A stretch of DNA of 64,000 nucleotides. Origin: Macrostomum lignano. Lineage: Eukaryota. The stretch lies in NCBI GenBank assembly GCA_002269645.1, contig NIVC01003664.1, positions 20,263-84,262 on the forward strand. Reading direction: 5' to 3'. Below the pieces are notes generated by a model, which searched no databases, was not told the origin of the DNA, and worked only from the letters and a program-made list of their open reading frames with translations. Made by a program: the position numbers and the translations under genes. The first letter of the stretch is position 1, and each line of letters begins with the position of its first letter. Below are positions 50,401-63,396 of this stretch, piece by piece.

Positions 50401-53134
50401 TAAAATTTGTGACGAATTTTACACACGCATTATTAAAGTACGCGGCTCGACTATTATAAGTGTATTTTAGGGGACTTTTGTAAAAAGCGAGAGAATTAAC
50501 GCTCCCTCAAATCGCAGCGTCCAACTTTGCTTCCCCTTCTTTCTCGCTCTCTGGGGGATTCCCATCGAATTTTCTTCTGCACTCGCTCTCTCCCTCCTGT
50601 CTAGTTTTTTGGTTTCTCCCACCAGACTGTGTAGGTTGCATTTATAAGGGAGGCCAGAGCTAGGAATTGCTGGCACACTTTTATAGTAAGATTTATTGCT
50701 GACCGCACGCTGGTGTTAGCTGGATGGCAGGAGGGAGGGAGGAGAGAGAGAGAGCGAAGGCGGAGCGGATTATTTGGAATGGGCTACTGCTGTCTTGCCT
50801 GCTTATTCCTGGCTAGATTCCTGGCTAGATAGCTAGGCCTGGCTAGATAACTAGGGGCTGTTTTAATTGCCTGTTTTTTGTTCGGTTTCAGTTACGAGCG
50901 TTGACGCAGGAAGCGTGCCGTCGCCGTTATTTTCTGGTACGAGTATCGTTCGAATCTTAGTCTCCCGGGATCTCCCTAGCGTGATCAATCCATTCCGTGG
51001 ATATTCGTTTTTTTCTAGATAGCTACTCAACCTGTCGAACGCCTCTCTTTCTGGCCTCTCTGCCCTTAGACCCTCCACGGGTTGTATGTAAATATTTTAA
51101 ACGCCTGCAGCTTTAATCTATGTCGGTTTGAGTGGTGGCTGCAGTTGCAGTTTAAAGCTGATCATGGAAGGGAAGCGCCTTGCATTTTCGTTTACTGTAA
51201 ACTGCGTACTGCGTACGCTCGTACTGTCATGTCCATGCACAATTTCTCGTCCAAGCACACACACTGCAAGAGTTGGCGTTAGTGCTGCATCAGATGGCTG
51301 CATTGGATGTCCTTAGTGCTGCATCAGCTAATCCCATTGCAGAATCAATCGAGCCCAGAGCTCTGCACCAAACATGCACTCAGTTACCTGTCTAAAAACA
51401 GTGTAAAAATAAAGCTCCTAAGAGAGACATTTAACAGGTTTACTGAATTATTTATTGTTACGAAATTTTTGCAAATTGTATCGAGTACGACGTTCTTTAA
51501 CTTTTTTACTTTGTTTTAATTTAGCGGATGGTTAAATATAATCGGAGGATTTTGTCTGAACTGCATACGATTGATCTGCGCAATAAAAATTTGCCGAGTC
51601 TATTTACTCGTATAATGCACAGAATTTGCGCTTCTTATCTTATGCCAAATACCACTTATGCGTCGGCTAAAGGCAGCTGAGCCCTTTTGAGCTACGGGCA
51701 TCGTGCTTCATAAAAAACTGTTGCCGAAAGCTCAGATGTAGCAGCACTGGTTGCCAACCCAGACGGGGGGCGGGGCGATTTGGGAGGATTTTTTGTACAG
51801 TAATCCCGTCACCCTGTTGGCCGGCAGAGCTGCCTATACTCTTTTTCTCGGTCTCCGGTTCTGCCTCCGAACCGCCCCCGCAGTATCTATGCTCTTTTTT
51901 GAGCGATTTTCTTACTGTTCACCCTCCAATTGGTTTCTCTTCTCCCTGCTTTCCTATGTGCACTTATTTCTTATCTATCTCTCCTCGCCGCCTCAGCACT
52001 CCGGACGCGTCAATAGCTGGTCTTGCCTTCGACAGTCTCTCTCTCTCTCCCTACCCTCAACTGGAATAGAAGCGCTCGGCTTTTTCCTACTTTTCTGGGC
52101 AAAAAAAATCCTATCAGATTCGTAGATGTAGCTCGCTGTCTGCAATGTATATCTACGAGTATATATCTATCTAATGAGGGGAGGTATTAGCAGCGAGAAA
52201 GAATGGAGTCTGAGTTAGGGAATTAAGGTTAGCCTGTTTAGTTGAGTTCATTCAAATCTATGCAAAGTTTACAGTCAAAAAATGAGCCAACCCGATGGAC
52301 CGATTCAGACGGTAGATTCGACTTCCCGCGCCGCCTCTCCCCGTGTCTTCCCACGCATCTATTCCCAAATTTTCCATTCGCACCTTTATAGACGCATTGC
52401 CTGTCAGATGCAGACTCGGAGCCGAGCTATTTGCGTGACGTATGACGCTGACGGATTTCTATTCTATGAGGAGTGGGCACTCGATGGCATGGAAGTCTCC
52501 GATAAGCTATATGCTGATGCTCTCTCTCTCTGCCCATTCAGCTCAGCTCACCTCAGTTTTCTCGCCTTGCCATCAGTATGTGCCAGATAGCATTGCCCGG
52601 GTATTGAATAGACGGGCGTACGGAGGGATCTAGGAAAGGAAGCTGGAAGCCAGTATAGAATTATAAGTGGTGCTCTGAATTGACGTTAGGAAATGAAATG
52701 CTCTCCACATCTCCCCTTGTCTTTCTCTCAGACTCAGTCCATTCGTGAGCGACTCGATTGCGCGACTGCTGCGCAGTTTCATATCTGCGCGTCACCCTAT
52801 TAGTTAATAGAAAACACCATTGCTTTCCTATTTTTCTGTCCCTAGAACTGGCCCGCATCACGCTTGCTTCTAATACGAGCTATTGGAATCGGGGGCCAGC
52901 CAGTCCGTTAGTCTGAGGGCTTCCGTCCCTAATAGCGCATTTAATCCATGCTATTTTCTCCCGTTGCTGAGTCTGCAACCCGTTCAACATTCCAGGCGCC
53001 GTGATAGAAAAGTGGCCGCCTAAAGCGGGGCGCCGTCTTTTTGGACAGCACACAGCGCGAATCAATTGTGACATATAGACAGCAGTAGCAAACTCAACTC
53101 TCTTCAATCTCAGTCAGTCACGCCAGCCCGTTTC

Positions 53135-56100
53135 ATGGCTGCTCAGCAGCAACATGCGGCTTCCGCGGAGCCAATGCAGCCGCAGCCGCCAGCTGAGATG
53201 GTCGACCTAGCAACCAGCTTGAGCGACCGTGAGTTGGTTAGGCGGATGTCAATCAAATGGCGCGACGCCGGCCGGCTAAAGGTGCGTGAGAAGCGGACTG
53301 GGCCAACCGCGCCCAACTCGGCAGTTTGCAGCCCAACGCCGGGGCAGAGGTTGCCTAGGCAACAACAGGCACTGGCGCAGCACCAAGAACATCAGTCCAC
53401 ATCGCACAGACGGCGTTCGTTGATGCGCCAGCTGTCTGACATTGCTGACGGTGGCAATGGCAGCAGCGGCGGTGGCACTGGTGAAAGTGGAGTCGTCTTC
53501 GAACTCGGGCGGCGTGGGCCTCCGGCGCGGCACAGGCGCCAAATGTCGGTACCATCGACTGCTCAGGCGGCTGCTGCGGCTGCCGCAATAGCAGCTTCTG
53601 CCGCCGCAACAGCCGACGATGCCGAGGCCAGTGGAAGATTGACATCCGTCGGTGACGACTCCGTTGAAGGCATTAAGGACAGCGCGGCGCCGGGACCGGA
53701 GTCACAGACACAGACGGAGGTGGCTGAGCCATCAACAGCGTCGGCTACCAAGGACGACAACGCCAACGACAACAAGGACATCTTTGAAAACGACGACTCT
53801 TCTTCGGTTGTGTCATCATCCAGGTCGCAGGCACCGGTGACGACCGGCGCCGATGGGTCCCAGGGCTCGCCATCGGCTCGGCACTTGCACACGCCGTCCT
53901 GTCTGAACCGGCCTGGCTCGTTCAGCTCAACCATCGACCCCGTAGACATTGATCGGCTTAGCCAGTACTCGCTATACATGGTGCACGATGCTAGGTTCTA
54001 CTTTCAGCATCCCTACCTGCGCATGATCTGCACTTTACTAGTCGTTTTTCTTAACTTCCTAATCTACGCCGAGGATCCCATAGCCGACTCGTCGCAGGTG
54101 TGCAGCATCCCCGTGTTAGGCAACGTGTTCGCATTCGTTTTCAGCCGGTATCCGCCCAACGCATGGAGCCTGCTCAAAGTGATCATGTGGCTGCTGGGAA
54201 TCCTGGTTGGCATCATCGCTGGAAAACTGTGTCACGTATTTGTGTTCAGTGAGACTGTCTTAAGTCAAACTCTTTGCTTATTTGTTTAAATTGTTTAGGT
54301 GAAGTGGCAGAATCATCGGCAAATTCGCTGGGTGGCTAAAAATATCCAAGATGTATTAAACAAGAATTGTACAAACCTACAACTTTCAGACCGTTGGTTT
54401 CGGCTGAAAATGTTTGCTAACGACGAAGGCTCCTGGATGACAATGTGGTTCTCAACCATCATATCCGTGTACATTTTCTCCAACATTTACAACGCTTTCC
54501 TGCTGACCCTCGGCGGCACGTCCAACATCCCCTATCTCATCAGTATGCAGATGGGCATCAAGAACTCCACGTTCATGAAGATGGCAGCCACAGGCACCTG
54601 GCTTGGCGACTTCATGACCGCCTGGATGGTGAGCGACATGATGCTACAGGAGCGTCTTTATCCAAGCTGGAACCGCTTCATCCGGCAGTGGTGGCGCTCT
54701 GGCTACACTCGGATCGTCATGTTCTGGCTGCTGCTAATCAGCTTGTGCACCACCGTTATCACAGTGATCTGCACCGACATCATCCGCTGGGACTACCTCA
54801 ACAGGGGCTTTGCTCCGTCAAACGAACTGTCGCGGGCTTTCTTAGCTGCATCAATTCTGAGCCTTGACCTGCTGATTGTCATGCAGGATTGGGACTTTCC
54901 TAACTTCACTAACAGCCTTGACGTTCGGCTGCCCGGCGTAGCCAAAGCTATCTACGCGTTCGATATCCGCATACCGGACTGGTTTAAACGGATTGTCGAC
55001 GACGACGTTTGGACGGTGCACATCACCGGGAAATGGTTCAACTATGGAGTACTGTTCGTAGTTATGTGTCTGGATTTGAACATGTGGAAGAATCAGGTTA
55101 GTCAGGTTTTGGGGTTTAGAAGAAGAATTAGATTAAGGGGTTGGAAATGCGTAGCCGAAATCTCCACTTTCTACATGCACAAGCTTGACAAGCCCTATAC
55201 TTCACAAACACCAAGCTTGACAAGCCCTAAACTTCACAAACACCAAGCTTGACAAGCCCTATACTTCACAAACACCAAGCTTGACAAGCCCTAAACTTCA
55301 CAAACACCAAGCTTGACAAGCCCTATACTTCACAAACACCAAGCTTGACAAGCCCTATACTTCACAAACACCAAGCTTGACAAGCCCTAAACTTCACAAA
55401 CACCAAGCTTGACAAGCCCTAAACTTCACAAACACCAAGCTTGACAAGCCCTAAACTTCACAAACACCAAGCTTGACAAGCCCTATACTTCACAAACACC
55501 AAGCTTGACAAGCCCTAAACTTCACAAACACCAAGCTTGACAAGCCCTAAACTTCACAAACACCAAGCTTGACAAGCCCTATACTTCACAAACACCAAGC
55601 TTGACAAGCCCTATACTTCACAAACACCAAGCTTGACAAGCCCTAAACTTCACAAACACCAAGCTTGACAAGCCCTATACTTCACAAACACCAAGCTTGA
55701 CAAGCCCTAAACTTCACAAACACCAAGCTTGACAAGCCCTAAACTTCACAAACACCAAGCTTGACAAGCCCTATACTTCACAAACACCAAGCTTGACAAG
55801 CCCTAAACTTCACAAACACCAAGCTTGACAAGCCCTATACTTCACAAACACCAAGCTTGACAAGCCCTAAACTTCACAAACACCAAGCTTGACAAGCCCT
55901 AAACTTCACAAACACCAAGCTTGACAAGCCCTAAACTTCACAAACACCAAGCTTGACAAGCCCTAAACTTCACAAACACCAAGCTTGACAAGCCCTAAAC
56001 TTCACAAACACCAAGCTTGACAAGCCCTAAACTTCACAAACACCAAGCTTGACAAGCCCTAAACTTCACAAACACCAAGCTTGACAAGCCCTAAACTTCA

Positions 56101-59100
56101 CAAACACCAAGCTTGACAAGCCCTAAACTTCACAAACACCAAGCTTGACAAGCCCTAAACTTCACAAACACCAAGCTTGACAAGCCCTATACTTCACAAA
56201 CACCAAGCTTGACAAGCCCTAAACTTCACAAACACCAAGCTTGACAAGCCCTAAACTTCACAAACACCAAGCTTGACAAGCCCTATACTTCACAAACACC
56301 AAGCTTGACAAGCCCTATACTTCACAAACACCAAGCTTGACAAGCCCTAAACTTCACAAACACCAAGCTTGACAAGCCCTATACTTCACAAACACCAAGC
56401 TTGACAAGCCCTATACTTCACAAACACCAAGCTTGACAAGCCCTAAACTTCACAAAAACCAAGCTTGACAAGCCCTATACTTCACAAACACCAAGCTTGA
56501 CAAGCCCTAAACTTCACAAACACCAAGCTTGACAAGCCCTAAACTTCACAAACACCAAGCTTGACAAGCCCTATACTTCACAAACACCAAGCTTGACAAG
56601 CCCTAAACTTCACAAACACCAAGCTTGACAAGCCCTATACTTCACAAACACCAAGCTTGACAAGCCCTAAACTTCACAAACACCAAGCTTGACAAGCCCT
56701 AAACTTCACAAACACCAAGCTTGACAAGCCCTAAACTTCACAAACACCAAGCTTGACAAGCCCTAAACTTCACAAACACCAAGCTTGACAAGCCCTAAAC
56801 TTCACAAACACCAAGCTTGACAAGCCCTAAACTTCACAAACACCAAGCTTGACAAGCCCTATACTTCACAAACACCAAGCTTGACAAGCCCTAAACTTCA
56901 CAAACACCAAGCTTGACAAGCCCTAAACTTCACAAACACCAAGCTTGACAAGCCCTATACTTCACAAACACCAAGCTTGACAAGCCCTAAACTTCACAAA
57001 CACCAAGCTTGACAAGCCCTAAACTTCACAAACACCAAGCTTGACAAGCCCTATACTTCACAAACACCAAGCTTGACAAGCCCTATACTTCACAAACACC
57101 AAGCTTGACAAGCCCTAAACTTCACAAACACCAAGCTTGACAAGCCCTATACTTCACAAACACCAAGCTTGACAAGCCCTATACTTCACAAACACCAAGC
57201 TTGACAAGCCCTAAACTTCACAAAAACCAAGCTTGACAAGCCCTATACTTCACAAACACCAAGCTTGACAAGCCCTAAACTTCACAAACACCAAGCTTGA
57301 CAAGCCCTAAACTTCACAAACACCAAGCTTGACAAGCCCTATACTTCACAAACACCAAGCTTGACAAGCCCTAAACTTCACAAACACCAAGCTTGACAAG
57401 CCCTATACTTCACAAACACCAAGCTTGACAAGCCCTAAACTTCACAAACACCAAGCTTGACAAGCCCTAAACTTCACAAACACCAAGCTTGACAAGCCCT
57501 AAACTTCACAAACACCAAGCTTGACAAGCCCTAAACTTCACAAACACCAAGCTTGACAAGCCCTAAACTTCACAAACACCAAGCTTGACAAGCCCTAAAC
57601 TTCACAAACACCAAGCTTGACAAGCCCTAAACTTCACAAACACCAAGCTTGACAAGCCCTAAACTTCACAAACACCAAGCTTGACAAGCCCTATACTTCA
57701 CAAACACCAAGCTTGACAAGCCCTAAACTTCACAAACACCAAGCTTGACAAGCCCTAAACTTCACAAACACCAAGCTTGACAAGCCCTATACTTCACAAA
57801 CACCAAGCTTGACAAGCCCTATACTTCACAAACACCAAGCTTGACAAGCCCTAAACTTCACAAACACCAAGCTTGACAAGCCCTATACTTCACAAACACC
57901 AAGCTTGACAAGCCCTATACTTCACAAACACCAAGCTTGACAAGCCCTAAACTTCACAAAAACCAAGCTTGACAAGCCCTATACTTCACAAACACCAAGC
58001 TTGACAAGCCCTAAACTTCACAAACACCAAGCTTGACAAGCCCTAAACTTCACAAACACCAAGCTTGACAAGCCCTATACTTCACAAACACCAAGCTTGA
58101 CAAGCCCTATACTTCACAAACACCAAGCTTGACAAGCCCTAAACTTCACAAAAACCAAGCTTGACAAGCCCTAAACTTCACAAACACCAAGCTTGACAAG
58201 CCCTAAACTTCACAAACACCAAGCTTGACAAGCCCTAAACTTCACAAACACCAAGCTTGACAAGCCCTATACTTCACAAACACCAAGCTTGACAAGCCCT
58301 ATACTTCACAAACACCAAGCTTGACAAGCCCTAAACTTCACAAAAACCAAGCTTGACAAGCCCTATACTTCACAAACACCAAGCTTGACAAGCCCTAAAC
58401 TTCACAAACACCAAGCTTGACAAGCCCCAAAGCTTTTGCCAGCAAGCTATTTTTAATTTTTGCAAGCATGCTCTTCTTTACTCTGCTAATCATACCAATA
58501 CTCAACCCGTTTATCAGATGATCTACTCGCCCTGCGAATACGGCCAATACGTCGGACCTTACGGCTCCATCTACACCGTGCACAACGAGACCGAACTCGC
58601 ACTAGTAGATTGCAGCAGCGACAATCACACGCTTAACTATGAGTACAGAAATCAAACTTTTGCGCCAGACGGCGAGACCCTTCTGTCTAAGGACATCTGG
58701 ACCCATTCGCGCTACACCGGCTACCCGCTGTACGTGAAGCTCAGCTCGTTCCTGCTCAGCCTTACCGCTTTCGCCGTATTCGGAGCTTTAGTTGTGATAT
58801 TCGGCCGCTATAGTGAAGAGCACAGAGACGTCTACCAGGGCCGGATGAAGAAAAATCGCACACTGAACAATCTGCTGGTTAGACACAGCGTGCACAGTCT
58901 CGACAACATTGTCGAAGTTGAGGGCGAAGCCAACGCAGCAGCAGCAGCAGATGCGGTCGCAGCTTTTAAGCCGTCAACGCCGCTGAAGTCAACTGTGTCA
59001 GACCCCGGCGTGCAGCGATTGAAGCGGCTCAAGAAGATGAAACTGTCAGATCGGCAACATCAGCGTCAGGAGCATCGCCAGAAGCTGATGAAACGGGCAG

Positions 59101-59219
59101 CTCAATACTGCTCTTGCTGCGTCTGCTCGTCTCGTTGCTGCTGCTGCGAGTCGAGGCCCACCGATGGGGCGGCATCGGGCCAAGGCCCAGCTGCTGGCGG
59201 CCAGACAATGGACGTGTGA
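53135..59219 (+). CDS. TMEM117: Transmembrane protein 117 homologue with long N-terminal extension, 840 aa
   Basis: Exons 53135-54248, 54390-55096 and 58518-59219 (phase 1, 0). Recognised motifs include RFYFQHP, NFLIYAEDP, RLKMF..DEGSWMTM, GTWLGDFMTAWMVSDMMLQ, SRAFLA, DLLIVMQDWDFP, HITGKWFNYG, DLNMWKNQ and EYGQYVGP. Confidence 0.93.
55175..58428. repeat. 32-bp minisatellite (AAGCTTGACAAGCCCTA[A/T]ACTTCACAAACACC)n filling TMEM117 intron 2
   Basis: About 100 copies in two main variants. Confidence 0.98.
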
Positions 59220-61661
59220 TCCATCAATTCTGCTAGATATTTTTCTTCAAAATGTTCAAACTACTCAATCACTGGCCTATACAGGAAGTTGTCAATGTCT
59301 CCATTGAACGATCCGGGTGAGGGATAGCCGCGCTTCCAGAGCAGGGGGTTTTGGGTGGTATGACCGTTGCTATCGTTATTGTTGTTATGATTGTTTGAAT
59401 TTTTGTGTCAGTTGCCTTCTAATAAATTCAACTAAGATCTCAAAGAGACTATACTTCTTAATTCTGTCGTCATAATCGCCTCGTCTTTTTCTCGCCATTT
59501 ATCATTTTCTCTCTTTCACAGTGCAGCTTAAGATAAATACTCATTTAATCTGTCTTGCCTTAGTTCGATCGGTGTATCAAGTTTTTTAGTATTGATACTC
59601 CGTATTAGTACGTATTAGTTTACGGACAAAGCACTAGGCTATATTCTATTCTAGACAGAATATCTTGTTGTCTACGTCTTCCTATATTATAAAGTTTTGG
59701 TAAAAAATTGTTCTTATAAAATTACATAGCTTTCACTATTTTCACCCTGTATGTATTTGCTACTTTCAGTAGGCAAGTCAAGTGTGTAGTATTTTGGCGC
59801 AATTCAATATTACCTCGTCATTTACTGTATTATTTTGTTTTATTATGCAAGCAGACTGGTCCATTGTATGAGAAGTTTCTGTTTTCAGTTTTAATCAAAA
59901 GCTGAACTAGTATTGACTTCTAAAAACGATTTTGTGCGATCTCGCACTGTTGTAATTACAATTTTATTATCTTACTTTTACCTGCTTCGTCGCGAATTAA
60001 CTCAAGAAAACTCTTCGCTGTCAAGTAGTGCATTGTGCTTTTGTCTTTGATAAATTCAAATCAATTATGCTTATTGCTTGCTCATTAAAGTAAAATATGC
60101 CATGTCCTCGTATCATTTACTTCACTGTTTTTGGGGCACTCAATACTTTAAGTTTTTTCAGGATTGTCTTGCTCGTTATTTGCTTTTTTACAAAGTATTT
60201 AATTGCTACCGTGGCTTGAACAGTCAAAAGACCATGCTTATACTACTGCTTGCTAAGTAGTCGTGACTTTGGATAGCTTATTGCACCTTAGGAAAATCAG
60301 TGACTCAAATTTTACTCATGGTTAACACAGTTGTTTTAATTACCATTGTGGTCTTTCGACTGTATTACTTCTTAGTTTTACATGTACTTTTTCCTTTATT
60401 TAAGATTTAAATTTTGTTAAAGAAACCCGCCGATCAGCAACTCATTCCGTTGTTGTGACGCCATAGTGTCTTAACTATATAAATGTATCATTCTTAAACA
60501 GTAAATGGAGAACTTAGCAAAGACCTACTGCAGGTCTTAAATGGATGAACAACACTGCTGGTTGCATGCTTGTCAGTTGGTTGGCGAGTTCGTTAACTAT
60601 ATAAACATTAGTACCATACTTCATGTACAAGAAGTGCATGTACTATTGACGCTGATTGTTTTAATACTCGTATTTACTCGTATTTCGCGCTAATTGCAGC
60701 AACTTTTTTGTTGTTTTTCTCTGGTAAATCCAGACTCAAAAATACGCACCGTAATCGCTATGTATGACGTCCGCTATCTTATCAGTGCAAAACAGCTCGC
60801 TGTTTACAACGCTAACAATCAGTACAGCTCGGTTTAAAAAGCTGAAAAATTGTCTCAATAAAAATATAAAGTGCATTGTTGTCGAACGTTTTTTATAACC
60901 AGTCTGTGTCAAGCAAAATAAACTCGAAAAAATCTTTAGTCTGAATTGTTTTTTGTTTCCTTAGTGAATAATCCCCTTTTTACTTTCTGGCTTGCATTGG
61001 AACAATTGGAACAATTGGAACAATAATTGGAACAATTTTATAACGCTGTCATTCGATCCGTTAAATATTACATGGTACGATGCGTATGTGTTGAAGGTAT
61101 TACAAATTCATTTACTCATTGCCGCGCGTCTCGTAAAGTCGTAATCTAGCCTTATACGAGCGTACGCTTGTAAAACTGTGTGAAGGGAAAAAGAGATCCG
61201 TGCGTTCGTTCAGTGTGTACGAGTCGCGACGAGTGTACATTTGATCCAATGTACACTAGAAATTTAAATTAGAACCAATGTACATTGATTTGCGGAGAGA
61301 AAGGGGCGGCCGGTTTGCTTATCTGAAAACGGGTCGCAGGTCCTAGTAGAAGTGGCGGGGCTGGCACTGGAGCGGGAGGAGGGCTTGTGTTCGAGGCCTT
61401 GAAGCCTGACGCTAAAATTTGTGTGCAGAAATACAGACACACCAACCAGAGCTGGTGCAGGGAGTTGGGGACGAGAAGACCAAGCTCTGTGCGCACCGCG
61501 CACAAGCTTAATAATTAGAATACAGAGCGGACCTCCTCACGCCACCACCTCAAATCTCGGCCCCCCTTGTATGTTTTTATCTTTTCGCTTTCTCTAATTA
61601 TTTTTTACCCGGCTAAAAAGCACAGTTATTTGCTAATTTGATTGAAAAAACTGTTGCAGTA

Positions 61662-62452
61662 ATGTCCAACAGAGAATTTAAAATTGTCCTCTTGGGCGAG
61701 GGCTGTGTCGGCAAAACTTCTTTGGCGCTGCGCTACGTCGAGGATAAGTTCAATGACAAACACTTAACCACAGTGCAGGCCTCGTTCCTTTCTAAGAAAC
61801 TTAACGTCTCCGGCCGACGGGTGACGCTGAACATCTGGGACACGGCCGGGCAGGAGCGCTTTCACGCCCTCGGTCCAATCTACTATCGGGATAGTGACGG
61901 CGCTATTCTAGTTTACGACATCACTGACGAGGATTCGTTCGAGAAGGCGCGCAACTGGGTCAAGGAGCTGCGCAAGATTCGCGGCAACGATGTCACACTG
62001 TACCTAGTTGGCAATAAGGTGCGAACACTGCGGGGAGGGCATATTATCCCACGATAGATAATTTGTACCGGTCTTTGTTTGGTAGCAGTTTGCAGTTCGT
62101 ATTGCTATTTGGTAAAACTGTCTCCCTACAGATTGACCTCGAACGCGATCGTCATGTACCGCTAGCGAATGCCGAGGAATTCGCCAGCTCGGTCGGCGCC
62201 AAGCACTGCGGCACATCCGCTAAGCTGAACCGCGGCGTAGAAGAGGCGTTCGCTCGCCTGACAGCCGACATGCTGGCTCGTCGCGACGCCGAGGAGGCGT
62301 CCAACCCAGGCTCCTCGTCTAGGTCGTCCACGTCAAGGTCTGAGGGCGCAACGTCAGCTGGTCGACGTTCCTCTGGCCGAAACGCCGGCATCATTGTTGG
62401 CGAGGATGACGTAGACGGAGCTTCAGGCGCCGGCGGTGGCAAATGCTGCTAG
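61662..62452 (+). CDS. RAB21: Rab21 small GTPase, 225 aa
   Basis: Exons 61662-62018 and 62132-62452. Motifs: GEGCVGKTS, TTVQASF, WDTAGQERFHALGPIYYR, GNK|ID, TSAK, and a C-terminal CC prenylation site. Confidence 0.95.
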
Positions 62453-63396
62453 CATGCAAAGCGGCCAACAAGGGCAAGATTCCACCCTAAGATCTAGTTG
62501 CATGGCTGTCGGCACTTTTCTATAACCTTTCCAACTTTTTTCCATTTTTTCTTTACCGTGATTGATTGTAGGATTTTCCAAGCTTGCTATTTATAGATAT
62601 GCTACGAGCGTATCTATTCAGAATTTTAGAAGCCATATATAATGCATGATCATGATGGAACTAGTCTTTCGTGTATTTTGTCTGATCATCATTACGGCTC
62701 TGCTTAATGGAGACGCATGGAAGCATGGAAGCAGTAGAGCTTGCCCAGCTCTTGTGGTTCCTCTTTGATGTGCTTGTGCAATGCTGTTTGAAATCCATTT
62801 TGTCTAATATTCGTACAGCGAAAGTTCAGCAGCATGATATGTGTAGACTGGATGTTGTGTTGCACTTCATTTGCTTTTGCCCCTGTCTAGCGTACCTGTA
62901 ACCCTGCAAGTGTACTAAAAGCATAGTGTACTAAGAGCTAACTTCGCTGCCATCTGTCTAATGCGACTTTAAACTTCGACGGTCCTTGTTTGTGGCTGAT
63001 TCTACGAGGTTTTACAACTTATCTCTTGCTTTTACCCTTATATGCCCATAGTTGCATTAGTGTATCATTGTTCGTTTACTGCCTCCTCATTGACCCAACC
63101 AATGAGCAGATATTAACGGATCTGTATGCTAATCTTATTGAGTAAACTTATAGTTATACACTAATGTAAAAATAGAAAGTGTTTGAAAGCTATAGCAAAA
63201 TCAACGGAGTAGATTATTCCGTTCAGCCGATTATTTTAAACCGTCTATTTTAAAGTTCGATTTTGCTACTGTTCTAGTTCTCAATCAAGATAAAGCATTT
63301 ACCACCACCAAGTTATGTCCTGTCAATAGCAAAATTTCTCAACCTCATTGATTGAGTGAGTGCATCAGCTGTCAATTCTTGATTTCAGCTTTAACC

